Source: a virus | Lineage: Duplodnaviria > Heunggongvirae > Uroviricota > Caudoviricetes | DNA: 64,000 nucleotides | Strand: one strand, 5' to 3' | Virus record (IMG/VR): IMGVR_UViG_3300021431_002946 | Span: 289,291-353,290 of that record | Shown here: piece after piece, positions 10,115 through 22,100 of the stretch | Layout: each line of letters opens with the position of its first letter | How positions within the stretch are numbered: position 1 is the stretch's first letter | Position numbers and translations under genes: made by a program | The notes under the pieces: model-generated | Seen by the model: only the letters and a program-made list of their open reading frames with translations | Database searches by the model: none | What the model was told of the DNA's origin: nothing

Positions 10115-13100
10115 TGCTAAAGACAAAAAGAAAACTTCTGGCAACACTTGTAGCATTCACATTAGTCATGACATCAATTATGCCTAATGTTGCTTTGGCG
10201 TTAGAGTCAGTAGAAGACACTCAGCCTACTACTAAGATTACAGAAACAGAGCCTGCTGCTTCTACAAAATCTACAAAAAAGCCAGAATCTTCAAAGCCTA
10301 AAGAAGCAAAAGAGGCAACTGAAGATACAACAAAAGCTACTTCTGAATCAACAAAGGCAACTTCAGAAACAACTAAAAAGCAAGTAGAAATAACTACTAA
10401 GGCTACTGAAGAAACTAAGGCTACTGAAGCTACTACTTCAGAGACCACTAAGACGTCAGAAGAGACTAAAGCTAGTGAATCTACTCCAAAGGAATCAACA
10501 GAAACTTCAGCTGAAACAGCAAGTACAACTGAAACTTCTGAGACTAAGGAGACTAAAGAAACTGCAGAAACAACTGTAGAAACTTCTGAATCTTCTAGTA
10601 ATACAGTACCTTTAGAGTCTACTACTGAGGAATCAAAGTCTTCTGAATCTACTACAGAAGAAACTATTCCTACTGAATCTGGAGAAGTTACTGAGTCTTC
10701 TGATCCTATTGAGAGCACAGAATCTACAGAGTCAACTGAGCCTACAGAGTCAACTGAAGAAACAGAACCTTCAGAGTCAAGTTCAGAAACTAGTGAACCT
10801 GAAGAAACAGAATTTAATCAGTCTATTACAGTAGATGGAATTAAGATTACTGTTACAGCTGATAAAGGTGTTTTCCCTAATGGAGCAGAATTAACTGCTA
10901 AAAAGGTTGAAAATAATAAAATTAATAAAGAAGATAACGTAGTTGCTTCTATGACTTTTGATATTGCTATTATGCTCAATGGAGAAGAAATTGAGCCTGA
11001 TACTACAAAGGGTCAAGTAAAAGTTACTTTCTTTGATGAAAGATTTGAAGATAAGAACTTAGACGCAGCTATTTACCATACTTCAGATGATAAAAAGACT
11101 GAGGAATTAAAGATTAAGAATGTTGAAGGTGGTGCTGAGGTTACTACTGATGGATTCTCTCTTTATACAGTCGAATTTACTTATGAAGATATGAAGTATA
11201 CTTTAACTGGATATGCTTCAGCTCCTCTTAAGACAATTCTTGAAAAAGTTGGTCTTACTGGTGAAGTTACAGACGTTAAAATAAGTAATGAAAAACTCGT
11301 TAGATATGAAAATGGTTATATCTTTGCAGTTAAAGCTTTCTCTACAAAAGAATGGATGAAAGTTACTATTAATGATATTACTTATATTATTACTCTTACA
11401 GATAGTCCTGACTCTCCTGAAGACGCTACTGCTGGAACTGATGCTTATGCAATTCTTTATGATTCTGGTAAATTAGTTTTCCAGAAAGGTCAAGATGTTA
11501 TTGGCGCTTATGGTACTAAGCAACAAGAATGGTTAGTTCCTACAGAATTTGTAGATAATTCTGATACTACAGATGTAGATGAATCTATTCCTGCTTGGTG
11601 TTCTTATGCAGAAAACATTAATAAAATCATATTTGTAGATAACATTAAGGGTATTACTTCTTTAAAGACATATTTTAAGGGTCTTAAAAATATTACTACA
11701 ATTTCTAATATTGATAGATTAGATGTTTCAACAGTTACTACTCTTAATGCTTTATTCATGGATTGTTCATCTATTACAATATTAGATTTATCATCTTGGA
11801 ATACTGCAAAAGTTACAGATATGTGCGCAATATTTAATGGATGTTCTTCATTAAAAACATTAAATTTATCTGGTTGGAATTTCAGAGGATTAAATTATGG
11901 TGGTGCATTTAGTGGTGCACTTAATGGATGTACATCATTAAAGACTTTAGATTTATCTAGTGTTAAAATGCCTGTAAAAACTTATGATGTAGGTTTATGC
12001 CTTGGTTGGCATGCTGCAGGTGGTGGAATAAATCTTGATAGTATTGATGTATCAAATATTGATTTAACACAGACTAAATCTTTGTATGGTTTCTTAACTA
12101 TTTCAGCAAAACAGATTATTGGTCTTACTACTTGGGATGTTTCTAGAGTAGAATGTATTAGTAGTTTGTTTAATGGAAATAATCTTGTTGAAAACATTGA
12201 TATTTCTGGTTGGGATTTAAGAAATATGACAAATACTAATGGTTCTGCAATATTTTCTGGTTGTGCTAATCTTAAGACATTAAATATGTCTAATGTAAAA
12301 ATGCCTGCTGATACTGGTGCATCTAATTTCCAATTAGGTTGGGGTAATATTGGTGGTACTTTAAATAGCATTAATGTTACTAACTTAGACTTATCAAATA
12401 CAACAAGTCTTTGTGGTTTCTTAACAGTTCCTGCTAAGAATATTATAGGTCTTGATACATGGGATACGTCTAATGTAACAAATTTCAATAGTTTATTTAA
12501 TGGTCAAAAATTTATTACTGAATTAGATTTATCTAATTTCACATTTAAATCAGGTGATACAGTTTATGCTATGTGTGCATCAATGCCTAAATTAACTAAG
12601 ATTATATTACCTGCATCATATAATAATTTAACCATTAATGAAGATAATAACATAAGTGTTTCTTATATTTGGACTAATGTAGAAACTGGAGAAAGTTTTA
12701 AAGCAGATCAAATTACTTCCGCTGGTACATATGAAAGAATTTTAGGTAATGATGCATATGTAAACACAAATGCTTATGCGATTCTTTATACAGATGGTAC
12801 ACTTATCTTCCAGAATAATGATGAAGTAGATTCTACACATGGTTCTGTAGTACAGACTTGGGAAGTTGATGAATCATCACATCCTTGGACTTCATCTGAA
12901 TATAAAGATCAAGTTACTAAAATTATTTTTGCAAATAAATTAATTGGTAGAACATCTGCGTACTATATGTTTAGTAATATGTCTAATTTAACTACAATTG
13001 AAAATTGTGGAAATTTAGATACTTCAAACATAACTACAATGAACTCAATGTTCTATAATGCTTGTAACTTAACATCTATTGATGTTTCAGATTGGGATAC

Positions 13101-16100
13101 GTCAAAAGTTACTAATTTTAGATGGATGTTTGGTTGTGATGATAATGCAGCTAATAATTCTAAATTAGTTTCTGTAATAGGAGCTAAGAATTTAATAAAG
13201 GTTGCTGCTACTGCTGCAAATGCAATGTTCAATAATAACTATTCTTTAAAGAATATTGATACATCTAATTGGAACATGTCAAATATAACAAATACTAGCT
13301 CAATGTTCGCACAGTGTGATGCATTAACAAGTCTTAATACTACAAATTGGAATATGTCAAACAATACAAATATGTATGCTATGTTCTATGATAGTAATTC
13401 ATTGAAGACAGTTGATATATCTAACTGGAATATTTCTAGTAATATGACTAATACAAGTTGGTCATTTACAAGAACAAAAGTTACATCACTTGATATGAGT
13501 AATTGGAATATGTCTAATGTAACTGATACATATTATATGTTCGGTGGATGTAATGATTTAACTAGTGTTAAATTGGGCGCTAATTGGAAATTTGCAACAA
13601 ATAATAGTAGTGGAACTTTTGGTTATAATCCTACATTTAAGAATTCATCTAATGAATATGTTCAAATGTCTGATATTTATTCTTGGGATTCTAGTAAAGC
13701 AGATACATATATTATATGCGCAACTGTTGGAGAAAATGCTTATGCTTTACTTTATGGAGATGGATATTTAGTATTCCAAAAAGGTCCTACGCCAGATCCT
13801 AATCATGGTGAATTAATTGCTTCTTGGGCAGTTAAGGACGCTAATTATGATTGGACAGGTTATTCATCAAACATTAAATATGTTGATTTTAAGGATGAAA
13901 TTTATGGTAGAACATCCACAGATCATATGTTTAATGAATGTGTATACTTAAACGAAGTATATAATGCACAAAAACTTGATATGTCTCAAGTTACTAACAT
14001 GTCATTTATGTTTGCATATGATAAACAGTTAACTAAAATTAATGGATTAGAACAATGGAAACCTTCTAATTGTACAGAATTCAATTATGCATTTGGTTCA
14101 TATAATGCAGAAGGTACTAAATTAACTGAAATTGATATGTCTAATTGGCAGATTAATGAAGTACATCAATTATTTAGAATGTTTGAGAATTGTTCTAATC
14201 TTAGAGTAATTGATTTATCTGGTTTTAACTGCGTAAGTGGTTATGCATGTGATAATATGGTAAATGGTTGTAAGAGTTTATCTAAGATTATTTTACCTGA
14301 AAGTATTGCTGTATATTCTGAAAATAATAGAACGAGAATTGGTTTAAATTCATCAAGTCAAACTTGGTTAAAAGATGGAACTACTGTAGTTGATTATCAA
14401 GAAGCTATTGTTGGTGGTACTTATGAGAAAATTCTTAATGTAGTTACATTTAAGAAAGACTCAGATGCTGCTAATGATGTAATTTTCTATATTACTGAAA
14501 CTAATACATCTTTTGAAATACCTGATGAATTAAAAACTTTACCTAACAATACTGAAGGTGAAGCATTTATTGGATGGTATGATGGTCAGGATAATAAATA
14601 TACAAATGAAAATATTACAAGAAATACTCCAAGTACATTATATGCAAAATTTGGTCATGCACCTCAAGATGCAATTTATGGAGATGACTTGTATAAATTA
14701 CTTTATATAGATGCAAATAATCAGTATGTAGTTGTATATCAAAAAGGAAATACTCCTACTTCTGGTTACGGTACATTTGTAAGTAGCACATTAGTTACAA
14801 CAAGTCAATCAAATGAATATGTAAATGGCGTTTATACTCCAGTTACAATATTAGATTTTGATTCTTATACAACAAATAATTATTCTAATATGCCTACAAA
14901 GGTAGTATTTAGAGATAGATTGATTAATTTACCTAAAGCTGATGTTAGATTTACATCAGAAAGAGTTAAAAAGTATGAAAACTTAGATTATATTGATATG
15001 TCTAATGCAACTGGTATTAGATTTTCTAATAAGTCTAATGTATATGGTTGTTCTGGAATGGCAACTTGGAATACCACTAATATTACTAATATGTATCAAT
15101 TATTCTATAATACAAAAGTTGCTACTACAGATATTCCTAATTTAAGTAATTGGAATACAAGTAATGTTACAAATTTAAGTTATGCATTCTATAGTACAAA
15201 TGGTGAAGTTAAAGGTCTTGAATCTTGGAATACTTCTAATGTAACAGATATGTCTTACATATTCTATAGTGCTAATATGCTTAATACAGATTCAATTAAA
15301 GATTGGAATGTATCTAAAGTTAAAAAATTTAAGTCTGCATTTTCATCAAATACAGCATTACTTGAAGCAGAATTAAATTGGGATATGAGATCTGCTGAAG
15401 ATATGTCTTATATGTTTGATAGTTGTTATAAATTATCTAAAATTAAAACTAATAAGACATTTATTGCAACAGCTAATACTAATAATATAAATCATATTTT
15501 CTATTGCTGCGATAAATTAACAGATATTACAGATTTAGCAAAATGGGATGTTTCTAATGTAACAGATATGTCTTATGCATTTGCAAATTGTAATAAATTA
15601 GCTATTATAAATGCATTAAGTGGATGGGATGTTTCTAATGTTACTACAATGAAACACATGTTTAGTGCATTTGCTAATGCTAGTTATGATACTTGGTCAG
15701 GCTATGATGCTGAACGTGGTCCTGGAAATTTAGTTGATTTATCTGCATTAAGTAATTGGCAAACTAGTAGTCTTACAGATATTAGTTTCATGTTCTATTG
15801 CCAAGCTTATTTAAATAATATTAATGGAATATCTGGTTGGGATGTATCTCATGTTACAGATATGACAGCTACATTCTGTGGATTAAGCAGACTTACTTCT
15901 TTAGAAGCACTTTCTAGTTGGACAACTAGTTCATTAACTAAATTATGTTCTACATTTAAAGGAATGTATGCATTAAAATCTGTTGATGGATTAGAGAATT
16001 GGGATGTAACTAATGTTACTGATATGTCATTTATGTTAGATCTGCGTTATTATGCAAACTCATTAAGAGATGTATCTGCACTTTCTAATTGGCATGCTAA

Positions 16101-19100
16101 TTCTTTAAATGATTATAGATATATGCTCTATAACTGTAATTTAATTCCTGAAGTAGATTTTAGTAATTGGGATTTATCTAGAACTGGTACAAATTCTAGA
16201 AGTGATTATGTATTTAATGGATGTGATAAACTCATAAAAATTACTTTACCTGCAAATTTTGTAGTTTATAGTTCTTCTTCATATGGTACTCCATTTAATT
16301 CAGATTGGATTTATACAAAAGATAATTCTGTTGTAAACTTACAAACTGAATTCTCTAATTGGACTGTTGATAAAGCTGGTACATATATAAAGAATTATTA
16401 TGTATCATTATATCCTATGGGTGGTACAGTTGATCCTACTAAGATTGAAACTAATTTGAATCAGTCTATAGACGAACTTCCTACACCTGTAAGAGATGGA
16501 TATAATTTCTTAGGTTGGTTTGATTCTGAAGGAACTCTTAGAACTTCAATTCCAGCTGGAGAGTATATAACTAGCTTATTTGCTCAATGGGAGTCAAAAG
16601 GAACTTATACATTAGTATTAGATCCTAATATTAATGGTTATGAACCTTATGTTGTAGAATTAAAACTTGATGAAAAGTTTAGACTTGATTATACTCTTTT
16701 AAATATTCCTGATTCATTTGAATTTAGTCAGTGGACAGAAAGAAAGAGTGGAGATGGTGAAGTTTATACTCAAAATCAAATCGTAGTTGGATTAGCTGAA
16801 CTTGGTGAAACAGTTACAATTTATGCACAGTGGATAACACATAGTTCATTCCCTGTAAAGATGCATGCAGTTAATATTTTAACTGGTGAAAGAACATCTC
16901 TTGGAAATGTAGATGTACGTACTAATGAATATTTTGATATTTCTGCTATAAAAAATATAGTTAAAAATAAAGTTGGTAATACATATATTTATTATGCATC
17001 TTATAGAAATGATTTAGATTGTGTACATTTTGAATATAATGAAGAAGATGTAATTCATTATGAGAATCAAGGTTATAATTCTGCGTATACAAATGCAGGA
17101 AAATCTACTGGTGAAGATTTCTATTATACATATGATAGAATAAAAGATGATAGAGGTCAATTTGTTAATTCTTCACATATGTGGACTTTAGATGATTTTA
17201 ATAATGATATATATGTTTATTATATACCTGCATTAAAAGCAAGAGTCTGGTTTAACAAAGAATCTGTATCTAAATTACCAGTAGATGAGCTTATTATGAC
17301 TGTCGATGGTAAACAATATAAATCTGGTGAATATGTATTTGATTTAGATAATTCTAGATTTTCACCTAGTGCAAGAGTAAGTATTGGTGAAGGATATGTT
17401 CCTTCTGCTTATGCTAATGCTCGTTGGGAATATTATACAGATTCACTTCTTAGAAATTTTGCATATATGATGGCAGAAGAAAAGAATTATTCATTTAATT
17501 ATCCTGTTTCATTAAATAATGCAAGAGAAGGTAAGGGTTGTCATAAGAGTGAAGAAGCTACAGGAATGAAGTATAGTTATTTGTGGTGGAATTCTCCTAA
17601 TGATATAATGGATATTAGTATTACATTTGATTTAAATGTAGTATATGATTTTAATAATTCTGGACAATATGCTGGTCCATCTGGTTTACAAGCAAGAAAT
17701 CTTTATACATATTATTCACAATATCCATATAGTATAGATAATATTACTCAGGTATATGGTATAACAGCAGAATCTAATGATGGTTATATTATTGAAGGTT
17801 GGTATACTGCGCCTGAAGGTGGTACTAAAGTATATGATCCTAATGCAGAATCATATAGAAATCCTATGACACCTCCTATAGACTTTTCTAATTGTCCAGT
17901 TGTAGATTATTCAGATAAATTAGACCAAATTAATAATGATATTTATGTATTTGGTGAACCTAGAATGACGCAAAATAAGTATGTTACTTTATATGCGCAT
18001 TGGGTTCCTAAGTCTGAATATAATGCAAGCTCATCACAATCTACATTTACAGTAATTCATATTAATGATTCACATAATCCAACTGTAACAGAATATGGAT
18101 ATTCACAAAAATTTGTAGCTCCAAATAAGCTTACAGATGTACGTTGGAATAGCTATATGGATGATAGTTGGTCTTATGTAGATAATCCAGATGAATCATA
18201 TTATTATGATGGTTATTGGACAATGGAGAAAGACTATGCTTGGGAGAAAGATCCAATAGAATTTGAAGATCATATCTTTGGTGGATGGTACACAGAACCT
18301 AATGGTCAAGGCACAAAAATTACAAAAGATATGATAATAACTGAAACTGGCGATATTACATTCTATGCATATTGGAAGAAACCTACTGAAAAGATTAATT
18401 TTAGTCTTGAAACAAATGGAGATCATCCAACTAGTGCTGAAATTAAGTTTAGTAATACAGCATATTCAAATTATTATTATATTACACCTACTACTGCATA
18501 TATTTATGGTGCAGACACAGTAGCTGGTTATATGATTCCTTATGCTATGACTGATGAAGAGTATGATTTTATTGGTTGGTATGATTCAAATAATCATAAA
18601 CTTGAAGTTGGTGATACATTTGTAGATGGTGCAACTTATTATGCTAAATGGGAAAAGAATATTGTTTCAGTTGAAGGTATAGATTATGATTTTAATTTTA
18701 CTTTCAAAAATAGCAAAAATAAGATGAAATTAAGTAATCCTTATATTTCAAATGCATCTATAGATATATTATTTAAAATTAGTCATACAGAAAATATTTT
18801 ACCTGAAAAAGCTATTAAAATCTATATACCTACTACAAATATTTTAAATACATCTGTTATTAGTTATAATGGTGATTTAGAAAATGGTAAATACTATAGG
18901 TATGATAATCCATCTTATGATGAGACTACTTATAATAATTATAATTGTATGATTTGTAATGCATATGATATTACAGGTAGTGCTGGTTTTACTAATGAAA
19001 AATCTAATGTTTCAATTGAAGAAGATGGCTCTGGTATACAATTCTATGATGCAGATGGTAATATATATAAACCTGGAAAAGATTATTATTCTAAAGTATA

Positions 19101-22100
19101 TAAATCAGATCCTATTATATTAACTATTGATACAAATGGAGATGGTACTCCTGATATAGTTAAGTATAAATATTTATATATTGAAAGTGATCCTATTACA
19201 GGTGCTGGCGTATCTAATTTTGATAATATTAATATTAATGGTTATATAACTAAAACTTGGAATTCTGAGTGGGGTGAAGAACCTGCAGACGCTAGCGATT
19301 ATCTATTTGTAACATGGCAAATTAGTAATACATATCTTGATATGTATGATCGTACACAGTATTATAATAACCAAGACATGTATTTCTTTGCAAATACTAA
19401 GTTACCTATAACCAGTGCTGGTCAAAAAGTATATAATAAGCAAGTTGAACATAATGGAGAAAATTATGAATTTGCATTTTCTGTACTTGCAAAACCAGGT
19501 AATTATAGTACTCAAGAAACACATTCTGAGAATAATACTATTGTTATGAAATATCCTAAGTCTCAGTTTAGTTATGATGCGCAATTAGGTGAAATTTCTC
19601 AGCAATTTGAGATTTTAGTATCACCAAGAAATCCTTATATTAATGGTCAATGGTATGAAGATACTGTTATTAAGACTGGTAAGGTTACTTGGAGTTGGGC
19701 TGAAGGTTCATCTGAAACCAATGGTCGTGATATGTGGGCTAATATGGGACGTTTCAGCGGTGGTTATGTAAGTTCTGTAAATAGTAGAAATACTATTCAG
19801 AAACAAAGACAATATGCTGTTTTAAATAACACTCTTGAAATGGAATGGTATAGCTTATATGCCCAGAGAATTATTAATGGTAATGATGAATTTAGTGTTT
19901 CAGTAAAACCTGGAGATTTCTCTTATGCTTCAGGTGCTTCAGAAAATTGTTATATGTGGCAACCTGCAACTGGAAGAACAGATTTAAGTACATATGATTA
20001 TTGTATTACTGGAATTCAATACGCTGTATTTAATGGTTATTCTGAAAAGTTAAATGATGGTTATGATCCTAATGTACCTATATATGTTGGAGATATTCAA
20101 GAAGTTAACAGAAATAAATATGTTGAAATCTATGTAATGTATAGAGGTTCTAATACTTGGACTTTACTTGATAAAAATGGTTCTGTTTGGAGTGCGCCTT
20201 CTAACTTAAGGTCTTATAATGATGGACATGTTAATGTTCAATTTAATCGTGGTTATTCTCGTAATTTCGATTCTGATGAATGGGAATACGGTGAACCTTA
20301 TAGTTATATTTATGATACTAGAGTTGTTGGTGTTAAAGTTAAAGCTAAGTTTGAAACTGGATCTAATTATCAAGCTGTAGTTGTTGTTCCTAAGATTAAA
20401 ATTTTCCCTAGCTTTACAACACAAGACAAAGTTAAAATGGACTTTGATCAAGAAGTAAAATCTGCTATTACTATGACTGACTTTACAATTGATGGTTATA
20501 AGTCTAATGCATCTTATAGAAAAGGACAATGGTCTGATGTTACTGGTGCAATTACTGATTTAGGTCTTACTACTTGGTATCTTACTTCAGATGTTACTGA
20601 TCTTGATTTAAGAAATAATATTAAAACATTAAATCTTAATACAGGCAATGTAAGTGGTCTTGAAGAAGGAGATGCACAGGTTGTTTGTGAAGTTATAAAT
20701 CAGGCGCAAAATAGTACATATTACAAAGCAATTACTTCTGGTGATTATTATGTATTATTACCTGAAAATACTTCACTTAAGTTAGCTGAAACATACTTTG
20801 CTGGTACTAGTTATGCAAATTCAAGCTATTTTACAAATACAGATATAAATAGCTGGAATTATGGTGGATTAAGTTATGACAGTATGGGCGGATTAACTCC
20901 AGAAGAATGTAGTGTTGAAACTATTGAAAACTGGGAAAATAGTGGTAGAACAATGGTTATTTATCATCTTAAAGATTTAACTAAGAAATATACTGAAATA
21001 GATTTATCTCATTATAATAGTTTAATCTTTAAATTAACACTTCATAGAGAGAATGAAGATATTTATGGTATTAATGGTGATGTTGCAACTCTCTTTGTAG
21101 ATAAGTCTGGTACTTTCTACATAAATAGAAGAGAAAAGTATGAAAATGCTGGTGCAACTGTACATGAATACTTTAGTAACTTAAATTCTCAAAATGCAGC
21201 TAAAGAAAGATCTATGGCTTATGCTTATGCTGACTTTACTTTCTATACTGAAATCTATAATACTGGTTCCGGTAATGAAAATATGGCGCATCAAGATGGA
21301 TTTAATGATTATGTTGCAAATAGTTCAAATCAATATACTAATAATGTAAATGTTTTCCCTGGTGAAAACTATACATATAAAGTTCTTTGGTCACAAAGCG
21401 GTAAGAAGATTATCGATTATGGAGATCATACAGATGAAATTGATAATGAAACTAATAATGCAATAATTTATACAAGACTTGATGGTGTTGGTGTATTTAA
21501 AGGCGTTTATGCACCTGCTATAACAGGTAAAGTTTATTTAGATGATGAACATTTAACATCAGAAAATGTAACTGTTACACCTACTATCTGGTACTGTAAA
21601 GATCCTAATTTTGCAAGTATAAATAATTTTGCTGATTATGATTTAAGCACAATTATTTTAGATGCAGATCACGGTTGGTATACTTCTGCAAATCTTGATA
21701 GTGATGCTAAGGTATATGGAATGGCATTTGATTATTCTAAAGATAGTCAAGGCAGAGATGTATATCTTGCAGGTGATAAATTTATTGGTATTACTATTTA
21801 TCAACAGAATTTAGAGTTAGCAAATCAAACATTTAATAGTGAGAGTAGAATTTCTATTACAAACTTTAATAGTGCTGATTATGGTGGATTAGTAACAGTT
21901 AATGTAGCTATTCCTGACCTTAAGATTGATGTAGTTTCAAATCCTGCGTCTGGTACAGCAACTAATCCTACTGCAGTTCGTTATGAACAAGACTTAGTTT
22001 ATACTTGGACAGTTCATAATAGAGAAGATAGAGCTATTAATGATGTTATAGTTTCATTTAAGGTTCCTGATGCAACTACTTGTACATTAGATAAAATTAA

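Noticed and set aside
10221-20529. Minus-strand ORFs inside the giant gene (10221..10718, 11982..12488, 18196..18426, 19402..19584, 20206..20529) and the + frame ORF 13565..13771
   Set aside because: They lie antisense to, or out of frame within, an uninterrupted 12.4-kb ORF with a strong domain structure. Their products are low-complexity, with no RBS or promoter.
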